From an uncultured Gammaproteobacteria bacterium (GTDB lineage Bacteria; Patescibacteriota; Microgenomatia; Levybacterales; UBA12049), in contig CAZDOJ010000001.1 of assembly GCA_964507055.1 (NCBI GenBank), forward strand, positions 273,313 through 337,312: 64,000 bases of DNA, given 5' to 3'. The notes below the pieces were generated by a model that was not told the origin of the DNA, searched no databases, and saw only the letters and a list, made by a program, of their open reading frames with translations. Each line of letters opens with the position of its first letter. The stretch's first letter is position 1. Both the position numbers and the translations under genes were made by a program. This document shows, in pieces, positions 48,360 through 59,156 of the stretch.

Positions 48360-48830
48360 ATGAAGATTAGTAGCTCTACATTTGAAAATAATCAATTAAT
48401 GCCAAGTACCTATACGTGTGACGGAGATAATGTAAATCCTCCTCTCACCTTTAGCGATATTCCAAAAGATGCACAGAGTCTTGTGTTGCTTATGGATGAT
48501 CCTGATGTTCCAAAGAATCTAAAACCAGATGGTGTTTTTGATCATTGGATTATTTATAATATCGATCCAAGTGTTACCAATATTGACGAGAATGTTAATG
48601 CTGTACCTGGTACAGTGGGATTAAATTCAGCAAATAAACATGCATATGCTGGGGCTTGTCCGCCAGATCGTCAGCATAGATATTTTTTCAAGTTATTTGC
48701 GTTAGATACAATGATGGAATTCCCCGATGCAAAAACTGTTACCAAACAAATGGTCATTGATGCGATGCAGGATCACATTGTGGATCAGGCGGAATTGATA
48801 GGTTTGTACGAGCGAAAACCTGCGGCTTAA
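48360..48830 (+). CDS. YbhB/YbcL-family PEBP-like protein
   Basis: DDPD ... DHW ... HRYFFKLFALD. Confidence 0.75.
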   Translation: MKISSSTFENNQLMPSTYTCDGDNVNPPLTFSDIPKDAQSLVLLMDDPDVPKNLKPDGVFDHWIIYNIDPSVTNIDENVNAVPGTVGLNSANKHAYAGACPPDRQHRYFFKLFALDTMMEFPDAKTVTKQMVIDAMQDHIVDQAELIGLYERKPAA

Positions 48831-48831
48831 T

Positions 48832-49164
48832 TTATTCTAAATTTTCTCCTTTAAAGTGTTTCTCCAAACCGATTTTGTCATCATCTGCTTTTGGCATTGC
48901 TCGGATAATTTCATCAAGTTTTTCTTGCATGGCTTTGTTATCTGCATGTGTCGAATTCTCAATCAAAAATACCATTACCAGCGTTATAACCATTTCATAA
49001 ACATGGAACCATTTATACCAAGTTTCCTCAAAATGTGTTAGATATCCAAATCCAAACCATCCGACTATAGAAGCCAGAATAAAAAGAAAGCTATAAGGAT
49101 GACTTACAACTTTATATAAATTGTTTAATTGTCGCAAAAGTGGACGGGGTCTATGAGAACTCAT
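48832..49164 (-). CDS. small membrane protein, low-affinity-iron-permease-like
   Basis: Two TM segments, then VFLIENSTHADNKAMQEKLDEIIRA. Confidence 0.4.
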   Translation of the reverse strand: MSSHRPRPLLRQLNNLYKVVSHPYSFLFILASIVGWFGFGYLTHFEETWYKWFHVYEMVITLVMVFLIENSTHADNKAMQEKLDEIIRAMPKADDDKIGLEKHFKGENLE

Positions 49165-49228
49165 AAATATATAGTAACAGTTGAGCTTAAGAGGTATGTA
49201 AGAATGCTTTTTTAACGCTGTTCTTAAA

Positions 49229-49480
49229 TTATTTAAAAGATTGAATTAGTATTTCTTTTTTGACTCGGGTTAGTTGTTTGATTTGGTTTTCTCGAGTAAG
49301 TGCTTCGCTTTTGGTTTCGTGTACTTCTTGGTAAACGAGTACTACCGGTCTTCGGGATTTAGTGTATTTGGCACCGGTTTTATGTGTATTATGGGTGATA
49401 ACCCGTTTCTCAACATCATTGGTACTGCCTGTGTAATACGTACCATCTGCACATTTGAGTATATAGACAAAATAACTCAT
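49229..49480 (-). CDS. GIY-YIG nuclease-domain protein
   Basis: FVYILKCADGTYYTGSTNDVEKRVITHN (GIY ... YIG). Confidence 0.75.
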   Translation of the reverse strand: MSYFVYILKCADGTYYTGSTNDVEKRVITHNTHKTGAKYTKSRRPVVLVYQEVHETKSEALTRENQIKQLTRVKKEILIQSFK

Positions 49481-49485
49481 CTAAC

Positions 49486-50637
49486 TTATTCTGCTGTTTG
49501 CTCAGATTCTTGAGAAGACTTTCTTTCAACAACCTCAGCAATTCCTTGAAATACTGCTTCTGTTCCTTTTTGTTCTTTCACCGAAATAAAGATTGGTGAA
49601 AACTCTTTGTATTTTTCCTTTAGAGCTTCTTGATCCAATCCTTTGGCTTTATCTACTTTATTGAAGACGTACACCATATGCTGATCGAGATGAATACCGA
49701 TTTCGTGAAGGATATTATTAACCACATGAATCTTTTCTTCATATTCATGATCAGAAGCATCGATGACATGCAAAAGTACATCTGCATGAATCGATTCCAT
49801 AAGTGTTGACTTGAAGGCTTGAATAAGCCGTGGTGGTAAGTTACGGATAAATCCAATGGTGTCGGTCAAGAGCACTTCTTTCTCAAGCTGTGGGACGTAG
49901 ACATTGCTTACACTGCTATCAAGCGTCGCAAACAATGCGTTCTTTTCAAGAACACCTTTATGTGAAAGTAAATTAAATAGTGAACTCTTTCCTGCATTGG
50001 TATATCCGACAATTGAAACTGTTTGGAATCCTGCTCTTTTTCGTTGTTCAATTTGTGCAGTTCGGGCCTCACTTATTTTATCGAGTTTATCATTGATCTC
50101 TTTGATCCCTTCACGCCAGTGACGCTTCATAAGTTCTGTATTGGTTTCGCCCGCACCAAGTGCACCGATACCTCCACCTTGTCGTGAAAGAATTGCACCC
50201 ATTCCATAAATTCTTGGTCCCATGTAACGCATGCGTGCAAGTTCGATTTGAAGTTTGGCTTCGGTTGTTGTAGCATGCTTATCAAATATCTGTAGAATCA
50301 GATCCATCCTATCCCAAACTTCAATTTGCGGATTTACTTCCTGAAAACGAGTTTTTAAAGTATGGACCTGTCGTGGTTTTGCCATAGTGTTTAAGACGAC
50401 GACATCGATATCAAATTCTTTAATCTTCTCAATAACTTCTAATACTTTTCCACGGCCTACAAAAGTTCCCTGATCGGGGTGATTTAGTCTCTGTATAATT
50501 CTGTCTGGTACTTCTCCTCCCAATGTTTTAATTAAAGATTCAAGTTCTTCGGCTGTACTGAGTGCTCTGTCTTGATTTGCTTGGGGGTTGATGACATGGA
50601 CCGGGAGAATGCGTAGTGTTTTTTCAAGTTCAATCAT
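49486..50637 (-). CDS. hflX: GTPase HflX
   Basis: G1 motif GYTNAGKSSLFN, with the HflX N-terminal domain. Confidence 0.9.
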   Translation of the reverse strand: MIELEKTLRILPVHVINPQANQDRALSTAEELESLIKTLGGEVPDRIIQRLNHPDQGTFVGRGKVLEVIEKIKEFDIDVVVLNTMAKPRQVHTLKTRFQEVNPQIEVWDRMDLILQIFDKHATTTEAKLQIELARMRYMGPRIYGMGAILSRQGGGIGALGAGETNTELMKRHWREGIKEINDKLDKISEARTAQIEQRKRAGFQTVSIVGYTNAGKSSLFNLLSHKGVLEKNALFATLDSSVSNVYVPQLEKEVLLTDTIGFIRNLPPRLIQAFKSTLMESIHADVLLHVIDASDHEYEEKIHVVNNILHEIGIHLDQHMVYVFNKVDKAKGLDQEALKEKYKEFSPIFISVKEQKGTEAVFQGIAEVVERKSSQESEQTAE

Positions 50638-50734
50638 CTGTCATCATTATAACTGAATTGTTTTAAGAAGGGAAATTGAGCACACTTTCACTTCGCTCAG
50701 ACAAAAAATTTTCCAATACACTATAATACACAAG

Positions 50735-51187
50735 ATGGACAAGATACGATTCACTCAACAGGGCTACGATGATCTCAAAAAAGAACTTGAGGAGCTCCTT
50801 GCATCACGTCCTGCAGTTATTGAGGATGTCCAAAAAGCTCGTGAGTTAGGTGATTTAAAAGAAAATGGGTATTACCAGGCCTCCAAACAAAAACTTCGCT
50901 CAATTGATTCTCGCGTTACTCGAATTAAATATTACATGAAAGTTGGAGAAATCGTCTCTGAGAAACAATCTTCAGGAATCGGTATCGGCACGACTGTTAC
51001 ATTAAAAAATGACACTCGCGAGATGACCTATGCAATTGTTGGAGATCTTGAAGCAAATCCAAGTGAAGGTAAATTGTCTCTCCGTTCCCCTATCGGAAAA
51101 GCTGTTGAAGGAAAAAAACAAGGTGATAAAGTCGAAATTACAATTCCTTCAGGAACTGTTACCTACATTATTACCAAAGTTGTCTAA
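50735..51187 (+). CDS. greA: transcription elongation factor GreA
   Basis: An N-terminal coiled coil bearing the acidic tip (ELGDLKENGYY) and a C-terminal FKBP-like domain. Confidence 0.9.
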   Translation: MDKIRFTQQGYDDLKKELEELLASRPAVIEDVQKARELGDLKENGYYQASKQKLRSIDSRVTRIKYYMKVGEIVSEKQSSGIGIGTTVTLKNDTREMTYAIVGDLEANPSEGKLSLRSPIGKAVEGKKQGDKVEITIPSGTVTYIITKVV

Positions 51188-51253
51188 TTATACGATTAAG
51201 ACTCTTATTCCTCAGGCGTTGAAAATAATCCTATAAGAATGATATAATGCCTC

Positions 51254-52048
51254 ATGACAAAAGAATTAAGAGGTATATCCCCTGAGATATTAGACAAATC
51301 GGCAAGTGTTTCAGCCTTTCTTACAGATCTAACCCCCACAGGACTTGTTTTGCAGGGAGGTCTTAATATTAATAGACAATATGTTGATGCTGAGGGACGC
51401 TCATATCTTCATAGAGCACCGAAAGAGCGGGGTGTAGTGGTAGATAGTATGTTACTTTCCTACCATAAAATAGGTTTTACTGCGTATGGTGGTGCTTTTC
51501 GCTATCTTGATACCACCGAACAAGTAGATAAAATGAATCACATGCATAATTTAGGACTTAAGACAATTGTCCCAATTGTTTCTGAGGGCGATGAGATGGT
51601 AGTTCCCTTTTTAGAGGGAAAAATGCTTCAAAAGTATCTCCAAGAAGGAAAAACAAAAGTTTTGCCCGATGTCCTCGATCATATGGTCGCGGCACATGAT
51701 AAAGGAGTAATTCTTGGTGACCGTTGGACATCAAATACAATAGTTTCACCTGAAGAAGATTTTACCGAAATAGATTTTGACGTGGAATTGACTGGTAAAA
51801 GTGCAAAAGAATTTGAATTATCACAATTTCTTTATCATGCATTACTCTTTGCTGCTTCTCGAACTCAGATGATTGGTTTACTTGATGATTATTTCTCACA
51901 ACGTCATGATGAAACAAAATCCTATGACAAAACTACAATGGCTGCATTTCTGAAAGGACACCTCGATGTTTATGATGGTCAGGTATATGACGGAAGTGTT
52001 AACAATATTCGTGAAGAAGTGGCCCAGATTTCAGGTATACTTACATAA
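51254..52048 (+). CDS. hypothetical protein (264 aa), possibly with a kinase-like fold
   Basis: ILGDRWTSN resembles a kinase catalytic loop; this is weak. Confidence 0.35.
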   Translation: MTKELRGISPEILDKSASVSAFLTDLTPTGLVLQGGLNINRQYVDAEGRSYLHRAPKERGVVVDSMLLSYHKIGFTAYGGAFRYLDTTEQVDKMNHMHNLGLKTIVPIVSEGDEMVVPFLEGKMLQKYLQEGKTKVLPDVLDHMVAAHDKGVILGDRWTSNTIVSPEEDFTEIDFDVELTGKSAKEFELSQFLYHALLFAASRTQMIGLLDDYFSQRHDETKSYDKTTMAAFLKGHLDVYDGQVYDGSVNNIREEVAQISGILT

Positions 52049-52635
52049 TGGATATTTCCTCATATATTCAGAAATATAATAAAACCCATATAATTTTTGA
52101 CTTTGATGAAACACTTGTGCAACTGATTCTTCCATGGGATGACTGCCTCAACGATATTAAAAAAGAACTTATCGACACAGATGAAGAAATATATAATGAA
52201 TGGGTAAAAGGAAAGATTGTCCCAAGTTATCTTCAAAATCTCTATGTTGAAAAATATGGTGAATCGTTACGAAGATTGCTTAATGAAAATACCGTACAGT
52301 TTGAATCAACTCAACTGCACGACGTTCTTTATAATAATCAGTTACTCGATCTTATTCGCAACAGGATAGACTTACATTTTTATCTGTGGTCTTCCAACGC
52401 AAAATCAACTGTAGAAAAAGTACTAAAAGAGCAGGAGATTCTTGAAAAATTTGAAAAAGTAATTACTCGAGAAGATGTTTTTCTCCTAAAACCTCATATT
52501 GATGGCTTTTCGTTAATTACTGAACATACGATAGAGAAAGAAAGATTTTTATTTGTTGGAGATAGTAGTGCTGATCAAAATGCAGCAAAACAATTAGGAA
52601 TCTATTTTTATAAAATTGATTACTTCGCTCAATAG
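52048..52635 (+). CDS. HAD-family hydrolase
   Basis: Motif I IIFDFDETLV, with the C-terminal VGDSSADQNAAKQLG. Confidence 0.7.
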   Translation: MDISSYIQKYNKTHIIFDFDETLVQLILPWDDCLNDIKKELIDTDEEIYNEWVKGKIVPSYLQNLYVEKYGESLRRLLNENTVQFESTQLHDVLYNNQLLDLIRNRIDLHFYLWSSNAKSTVEKVLKEQEILEKFEKVITREDVFLLKPHIDGFSLITEHTIEKERFLFVGDSSADQNAAKQLGIYFYKIDYFAQ

Positions 52636-52661
52636 TATGTCCAATTTGGTATAATCACTTC

Positions 52662-53531
52662 ATGGTTATTTTATCTACATCCGGTTGGGAAGAATATCAG
52701 CTTTTAGATACGGGTGAAGGAATGCGATTAGAACAGTTTGGGAAATATCGAATTGTTCGCCCTGATCCACAAGTCATCTGGAAACCTCATTTGCCACAAA
52801 GTGAATGGATGAGTGCTGATGCCGTGTTTAACACAAATACCAAAAGTTGGGATAACAAAACAAATGTTCCAAAGCGTTGGCTCATGCAATATAACGATTT
52901 GGCTTTCTGGGCAGAATTGACTCCTTTCAAGCATACCGGCGTTTTTCCAGAACAATTGTTGCAATGGCAATGGATTAGTGAACAAATCCATGCAAAAAAC
53001 AAAGAACAAAAAACAGTAAAAGTGCTTAATCTTTTTGGTTATACTGGACTCGCAAGCTTAGTTGCTGCAAAAGCGGGAGCTGCTGTCACACATGTCGATG
53101 CTTCCAAGCCCACAATCGCTTGGGCTCGGGAAAATCAAACCGCATCGAAGTTAGATAATAAGCCAATTCGTTGGATTCTTGATGATGCTTACAAATTCGT
53201 TCAACGGGAAGTAAAACGCGGTAATAAGTATGATGCGATTATCATGGATCCACCTGTCTATGGTCATGGACCAAATGGTGAGAAGTGGGAATTTACCCAA
53301 TCATTTCCGCAACTTTTATCTGAATGTAGACAGCTTCTTTCCGATAAACCGCTTTTTGTTCTAGTCAACGCTTATGCTATTTCAGCATCTTCGCTTATGT
53401 TGGAGAATACTTTGAAAGATTTTGTTCCAACAAAAAAAGATCATATAGAAGTTGGCGAATTAGCTTTAGAAGAAAAAGGTTCAGGGCGATTACTTTCTAC
53501 AGGAATTTTTGGACGTTGGAGTTCAATTTAA
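52662..53531 (+). CDS. class I SAM-dependent RNA methyltransferase (RlmI/RlmK-like)
   Basis: VLNLFGYTGLASLVAAKAGA (motif I) and IIMDPPVYGHG (motif IV). Confidence 0.7.
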   Translation: MVILSTSGWEEYQLLDTGEGMRLEQFGKYRIVRPDPQVIWKPHLPQSEWMSADAVFNTNTKSWDNKTNVPKRWLMQYNDLAFWAELTPFKHTGVFPEQLLQWQWISEQIHAKNKEQKTVKVLNLFGYTGLASLVAAKAGAAVTHVDASKPTIAWARENQTASKLDNKPIRWILDDAYKFVQREVKRGNKYDAIIMDPPVYGHGPNGEKWEFTQSFPQLLSECRQLLSDKPLFVLVNAYAISASSLMLENTLKDFVPTKKDHIEVGELALEEKGSGRLLSTGIFGRWSSI

Positions 53532-54589
53532 TATTTTTTTGATTTTTTCGGTAGAGGTGGGGTTTTGTAGAGATTATCCATTGGGAACTTTATATACTTT
53601 TCTTTTTTCTCAAATGTAGTTTCTTTAAATTCAGGCAATGCATGTACACGCTCTCGTAAGGTATCCAAACTTGCTTCATCATAAATAGAGCATGTAATTA
53701 CTTCCAATCCTTTCTTAAGAAAAAGCTTTTCTGATTTTTCAACTTGCCCAACTGACGCTAGATCTGTTTTGGTAAGTAAAATAACTTCCTGTTTCTCTAA
53801 AAGTTTTGCACTATGTTGTGCGAATTCTTTTCGTACAATCGTATATGTTTTTATTGGGTCAGGGTCAGTTGAGTCTATACAATGAAGGAGAATTTTTGTC
53901 TTCTCGATGTGTTTTAAGAAAGCGATTCCGAGTCCTTTTCCTTGAGATGCTCCTTCGATAAGTCCTGGAATATCTGCAATTGTATACTCGTCGAGCATAC
54001 CAATATTTGGTTCAAGCGTTGTGAATGGATAGTTAGCAATTTTTGGGTTTGCATGTGTTAATGTCGCAAGCAAACTACTTTTTCCTGCGTTTGGCAATCC
54101 GATCAGGCCAATATCCGCAATCATTTTTAGTTCCAAATGTAGTGTCTTTTGTTCTCCAGGGGTTCCATTTTCTGCATAGTTAGGCGCTTGATTTGTTGCT
54201 GTTTTAAACTCAATATTTCCGCGACCTCCTTTGCCTCCCTTGGCAAAGAGTACAGGTTTGTTATCGTTTCTTATTTCATAGATTCTCCCTGTGTCTGTAT
54301 CAGTGATATGTGTACCGAGAGGAACAACTATTGTGAGATCATCAGCGTTCTTGCCGTAAAGTCCCATATTTTTACCAGATGTACCATTTTCTGCTTCGAC
54401 CTTTTTCTTAAATCGGAATTGTTTGAGGTCATTTATATTTCGTGATCCTTGAAAATATATATCTCCACCATTGCCGCCGTTCCCGCCATTTGGCCCTCCA
54501 CGAGCTGTTAAACCATTGCGTAAAAATGTTGCAGCACCATTGCCGCCATCCCCTGCTTTGACTATGAGTGTGACATTATCGACTAACAT
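53528..54589 (-). CDS. obg: GTPase Obg
   Basis: Gly-rich Obg fold at the N-terminus (GGNGGNGG) and G1 motif GLPNAGKSSLL. Confidence 0.95.
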   Translation of the reverse strand: MLVDNVTLIVKAGDGGNGAATFLRNGLTARGGPNGGNGGNGGDIYFQGSRNINDLKQFRFKKKVEAENGTSGKNMGLYGKNADDLTIVVPLGTHITDTDTGRIYEIRNDNKPVLFAKGGKGGRGNIEFKTATNQAPNYAENGTPGEQKTLHLELKMIADIGLIGLPNAGKSSLLATLTHANPKIANYPFTTLEPNIGMLDEYTIADIPGLIEGASQGKGLGIAFLKHIEKTKILLHCIDSTDPDPIKTYTIVRKEFAQHSAKLLEKQEVILLTKTDLASVGQVEKSEKLFLKKGLEVITCSIYDEASLDTLRERVHALPEFKETTFEKKEKYIKFPMDNLYKTPPLPKKSKKY

Positions 54590-54688
54590 ATGTGTGTATT
54601 ATACCTTACTTGAGGCAAAGAAGCGAAAAAGAAGGAAATAACCTCTACCTGTTTGAAAGTATTCAAAGTAGATAGAGGTTATTATGTA

Positions 54689-55141
54689 CTATTTATAGTG
54701 AGATTTAATCTCGAATAATAAATATACTCCGATAAGTGCTCCAATAAGTCCTGAAACAAAAGAAAGAGCTACAATTGATCCGAGAAGACTAGCGATCTCA
54801 CTCCAGAAAAGTAAATCCCATCCCTTATGTTTCCGTGTATTTAATCCAGGATATGCTGCAAGCATAAGACCCGCAGATATCAACCATATTAATGATGCTA
54901 CAAATCCTCCTCCATATGCTGACACTCCTTCTGCTCCACCCATAATAGCAAGTGGTGAAGTCGCAGTAAGTATCCCGAGTCCACTAATTGCTCCAAAAAC
55001 TCCGAGAAGACCAAAAAGTAATGCAATGTACGGCATAACTTTTACTAATACATCTTGGGCGTTTTTCGGCAAATGTGGAAGCTTCGCAAAATGCGGTTCA
55101 AGAATTCCTACTAAATCGTTTGATTTGTGTTGATGACTCAT
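54689..55141 (-). CDS. membrane protein, hypothetical
   Basis: 150 aa, 3-4 TM segments. Confidence 0.45.
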   Translation of the reverse strand: MSHQHKSNDLVGILEPHFAKLPHLPKNAQDVLVKVMPYIALLFGLLGVFGAISGLGILTATSPLAIMGGAEGVSAYGGGFVASLIWLISAGLMLAAYPGLNTRKHKGWDLLFWSEIASLLGSIVALSFVSGLIGALIGVYLLFEIKSHYK

Positions 55142-55245
55142 GTGCTCACCTCCTTTCGAACAGAGATGCTGTATGCTTCTATTATCGCTAATCTCAGCTA
55201 TTTAATGCAATATATGAATTAAGAAAATATGCTATATTTATTTGC

Positions 55246-55836
55246 ATGACTGAGAATGATACAAAGAATGCTTTCTACTTCATCTCCATTCTTCTTGCAC
55301 TGCTGCAATATTTTGCTCCATCTTTCGTTCCAAATAATTTACCCAAGGTTGATGATCTGCAAGGTACTCCTGCTCCTACTGCTGTCCTTGGTGAGAAGAC
55401 CGTAATTGCAAGTGTCTCAGCAACAGTTGTTCGAGTTGTTGATGGGGATACTGTCCGAGTCTCAATCAATAATGAGGAAAAGACAATTCGTTTGATTGGC
55501 ATCAATACTCCTGAAACCGTTGATCCACGGCGTGAGGTTGAATGTTTTGGCAAAGAAGCTTCGAATAAAGCAAAAGAGTTATTGAATGGACAGACAGTTT
55601 ATTTGGAAGGTGATAATTCCCAAGACAATGTCGACAAATATAACCGCTTACTACGATATATATGGCTGAGAAGTGGCGTTAATTTTAATCGCCTGATGAT
55701 TCGGGAAGGGTACGCCTACGAATACACCTATGATTTACCCTATAAATATCAAAGCGAATTCCAACATGCTCAATTAGATGCACAAAACGAGAAAAAAGGT
55801 TTATGGGCTGCTGCTACATGTGCTGGGGTGAAATGA
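55246..55836 (+). CDS. secreted thermonuclease (SNase-like)
   Basis: Signal/TM segment, then VVDGDTVRV ... IRLIGINTPE ... YNRLLRYIWL ... REGYA. Confidence 0.8.
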   Translation: MTENDTKNAFYFISILLALLQYFAPSFVPNNLPKVDDLQGTPAPTAVLGEKTVIASVSATVVRVVDGDTVRVSINNEEKTIRLIGINTPETVDPRREVECFGKEASNKAKELLNGQTVYLEGDNSQDNVDKYNRLLRYIWLRSGVNFNRLMIREGYAYEYTYDLPYKYQSEFQHAQLDAQNEKKGLWAAATCAGVK

Positions 55837-56529
55837 TTAATTAAGTTTTTCTTTTTTGAAGGTATCTTTAATTTCACTAAGGTTTGTAGTCGCTTTTTCA
55901 GTCTTTAATTCTTTCTTTGCTCTGACATACTCAATGATTGGTGGGATCAACGATAAGAAAATGATGCCAAAGATTGCTTTTTCGAAGTTCTCTTTGATAA
56001 TTGGTAGCGATCCGAGGAAATATCCTGCAACAGTTAATGATGTGACCCAGATGAATCCACCGACGACATTATAAAGGAAAAATGTTTTATATTCCATGCT
56101 ACCCATACCTGCAACAAATGGTGCAAAACTTCGCACGATTGGCAAAAATCGAGCGAGGATAATTGTCTTTCCACCATGCTTTTCGAAAAATTCGCGAGTT
56201 GTTTCAAGGTGCTGTTTATTAAACAGTCTGGAATTTTCTTTATTAAAGACTTTGTGTCCTGTTTTGTGACCAATCCAATAATTTACGGAGTCTCCGAGGA
56301 TTGCCGCAACAAGTAATGAGAAGTATACGATCCAGAAATTAAGATATCCACTTCCAGCTAAGCTTCCAACTACAAAAAGTAATGAGTCTCCTGGAAGGAA
56401 TGGTGTCACGACGAAACCTGTTTCAGCAAAAATGATACCAAAAAGTAGCACATACACCCATGGTCCAAAAAGGTTTATGAAGTTCGCCAGATGTTCATCA
56501 AAGTGTAATAGTAAATCAATCAATTCCAT
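55837..56529 (-). CDS. DedA-family membrane protein
   Basis: FGPWVYVLLFGIIFAETGFVVTPFLPGDSLLFVVGSLAG. Confidence 0.85.
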   Translation of the reverse strand: MELIDLLLHFDEHLANFINLFGPWVYVLLFGIIFAETGFVVTPFLPGDSLLFVVGSLAGSGYLNFWIVYFSLLVAAILGDSVNYWIGHKTGHKVFNKENSRLFNKQHLETTREFFEKHGGKTIILARFLPIVRSFAPFVAGMGSMEYKTFFLYNVVGGFIWVTSLTVAGYFLGSLPIIKENFEKAIFGIIFLSLIPPIIEYVRAKKELKTEKATTNLSEIKDTFKKEKLN

Positions 56530-56552
56530 AGCTCTAGTATATCAGAAAAGAC

Positions 56553-57386
56553 TTATATCTTCTGCAATCGTTTAACCCTTTCTTCGACAGGAGGATGGGT
56601 AGAGAGAAGTTTCATCATTTGTCCGCCCAAACCACCAGCAGGATTCTCAATGTAAAGAGATGACATTGCAGGATTTACTTGTGATGGAGCTCTTCGTGTT
56701 GAATCAGATATCGCAAGAAGAGCATTCGCAAGAGCTTTGCCACTTCCAATTGTCTTTGCGCCAGTGTGATCTGCACCGAATTCTCGTTGTCTGGAAATTG
56801 CCATTTGGATAAGCGATGCCGCTATCGGTACAAGAAGTGCCGCCGCAATCATGATGATTGGATTTGGTGCATCTTCTTCATTGCTATGTCCCCCACTGAA
56901 CAAGCTCATATTTGCTAAAAAAGAAATGACACTTGCGAGCACTGCCGCAACTGTTGCGACGAGTACATCACGATTTTTAACATGAGCAAGTTCGTGTGCC
57001 AAAACTCCCCGCAGTTCATCTTTGGAGAGGATTTCTAAGATTCCTTGTGTTACAGCTACTGAGGCATGTCCTGGTCCGCGACCTGTTGCAAAAGCATTTG
57101 CTTGACGGTCTGGTGTGATGTACAACTTTGGCATGGGAATATCGATTCTTCTTGAAAGATCTTCGATCATTGAATATATTTCAGGATATTTCTTTTGATC
57201 AAGCGGCTGTGCTCCACTCATTTTGAGTGCGAGTTTGTCTGAGAAGAAATACATGCCGCCATTCATTAATAATGCGAATCCAAAAGCCATATACATCCCT
57301 TGTTCGCCGCCAAAGAGACGTCCCATGGTGATAACGATGACACTGAGGATTCCGAGGAGAAAGATAGTTTTGAAGAGATTACCCAT
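56553..57386 (-). CDS. htpX: M48 zinc metalloprotease HtpX
   Basis: HELAHVKNRD (HExxH), with four TM segments. Confidence 0.9.
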   Translation of the reverse strand: MGNLFKTIFLLGILSVIVITMGRLFGGEQGMYMAFGFALLMNGGMYFFSDKLALKMSGAQPLDQKKYPEIYSMIEDLSRRIDIPMPKLYITPDRQANAFATGRGPGHASVAVTQGILEILSKDELRGVLAHELAHVKNRDVLVATVAAVLASVISFLANMSLFSGGHSNEEDAPNPIIMIAAALLVPIAASLIQMAISRQREFGADHTGAKTIGSGKALANALLAISDSTRRAPSQVNPAMSSLYIENPAGGLGGQMMKLLSTHPPVEERVKRLQKI

Positions 57387-57474
57387 AAGTGTAGTATAGC
57401 AATTTCGATTGTTTGTTTCAAATTGCCCATATTACATCCTGACATTCTTAAGCTGATCTAGTATAATACATTAT

Positions 57475-58461
57475 ATGGATTTCTTTTCCGCTATATTAAT
57501 TGTCGTTGGATTGGTACTTTTCGAGACAGTCAGTTCCATTGATAATGCTGTTATTAATGCTCAGGTTCTTGCAACCATGAGTGACAAAGCAAAGAAATGG
57601 TTCCTCACATGGGGTCTACTTGTTGCTGTATTTTTGATGCGTGGATTACTTCCGTTTGCAATTATTTGGGCAGTCAATCCTGGACTAGGACCTTGGGGAG
57701 CAGTTACAGCAGCGTTTAGTGCAGATCCTGCGGTGAAAGAGTCTGTTGAACAATCAGCCCCTGTTTTATTAGCCGGTGGTGGTACATTCCTTTTGTTCCT
57801 TTTCTTCCACTGGTTATTTATGGAACCAAAGCATTATGGTATCCGTGGAGAAAGAACATTTGAAAAACTTGGTGTTTGGTTCTATGCAGTCGTCTCAATC
57901 CTTTTGGCTGCAATTGTATGGTATTCACTTCAGATTGATCCGATGATGGCCTTTGGTGCAGTTGTTGGTTCAACAGCATTCTTTATTACACACGGATTTA
58001 AGGAAAATGCGGAAAAAGCCGAAAGTGATTTGCTTAATGACACTGGCAAATCAGACTTAAGTAAGATTTTTTATCTTGAAGCAATTGATGCGACGTTCTC
58101 AATTGATGGTGTCCTCGGAGCTTTTGCTTTTACTCTTTCTGTTCCATTAATTTTGATTGGAAATGGTATTGGAGCGTTTGTTGTTCGAGAAGCTACTATT
58201 AAAGGTATTAATACAATTAAGAAATATATTTATCTCAAAAATGGTGCGATGTATTCAGTATTCTTCCTTGGTTGTGTCATGCTTTATGATAGTTTTGGTC
58301 ACCACTTGCCTGAATGGTTAACACCGCTTGCAACTATTATTATCATCAGTTACTTCTTCTTAAAGTCACGTAATGAGTGGAAGAAAGATCCAGCGAAAGT
58401 TGCTGCATTAACTGGAGCAAAATTAGATTCTCCTAAGAAAACTAAGAGTAAGAAGAAATAA
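57475..58461 (+). CDS. TerC/DUF475-family integral membrane protein
   Basis: ETVSSIDNAVINAQVL motif. Confidence 0.6.
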   Translation: MDFFSAILIVVGLVLFETVSSIDNAVINAQVLATMSDKAKKWFLTWGLLVAVFLMRGLLPFAIIWAVNPGLGPWGAVTAAFSADPAVKESVEQSAPVLLAGGGTFLLFLFFHWLFMEPKHYGIRGERTFEKLGVWFYAVVSILLAAIVWYSLQIDPMMAFGAVVGSTAFFITHGFKENAEKAESDLLNDTGKSDLSKIFYLEAIDATFSIDGVLGAFAFTLSVPLILIGNGIGAFVVREATIKGINTIKKYIYLKNGAMYSVFFLGCVMLYDSFGHHLPEWLTPLATIIIISYFFLKSRNEWKKDPAKVAALTGAKLDSPKKTKSKKK

Positions 58462-58634
58462 TTATTCCGTACTTTGTGCCGACAAAGTACCAAAGCTCTT
58501 CGGCTCATCAGTACTCGTTAAAAATTATTTCCACTCTCGCTAAAGGACACGCTTCGCTTGCCGTCCTTCTTAACGCTTTTTTCCAATGATTTTTTTAACA
58601 CTCCGTTCTGAACGCCGAAATAATTTGAAAGTCA

Positions 58635-59156
58635 TTAACCGTATTGTTCTTGGTGTTTCTTTTTTAGGTCTTTATATTCCTTATCTTCTCTAGCAAGTAA
58701 ATATTTTTCGTAGAAGATTCTTGCGGATTGGGCTTTTTCGTTATTTTCCCAGTCTGATTCTTGTGGGCGAACTTTGGTTCTGGCTATTTTTTCTTTCTCA
58801 ATAGTCTTTTCTAATTGAGGATTCTTCTCATATTTTCTACCCGTTGCATGATTCGCATATCTTCTTGAACGAGTGTAACCCATCTGCAGAAATTTTCTCG
58901 ACATATCCATCCCGACAAAATCGTTTTGTTTTTTATATTCAAGAAACATTTTATAAATTTTTTCTGAAGAGATTTTTGCAATTGCTGGTGTCCTGAATCT
59001 CCAATGCTGCACTATTTCTGATTTGTATGGCTCAACGAGGAGTACACCTTGTTCACCTATTCCAACTTGGTATAAATCTGGGTTTTCTCTGAAGTTAATA
59101 TGTTTGAAGTCTTTGGAATAATCAAATTTGAGCTTTCGCATCGAGATTCTTTTCAC
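58635..59156 (-). CDS. hypothetical protein (173 aa)
   Basis: ORF overlapping the upstream TopIB gene by 35 nt. Confidence 0.4.
   Translation of the reverse strand: MKRISMRKLKFDYSKDFKHINFRENPDLYQVGIGEQGVLLVEPYKSEIVQHWRFRTPAIAKISSEKIYKMFLEYKKQNDFVGMDMSRKFLQMGYTRSRRYANHATGRKYEKNPQLEKTIEKEKIARTKVRPQESDWENNEKAQSARIFYEKYLLAREDKEYKDLKKKHQEQYG

Noticed and set aside
58465-58634. Possible small RNA in the convergent intergenic region, including the GTACTTTG/CAAAGTAC hairpin
   Set aside because: This is more simply explained as terminator structures between two convergent genes; there is no promoter-like element or conserved ncRNA signature that I can recognise.
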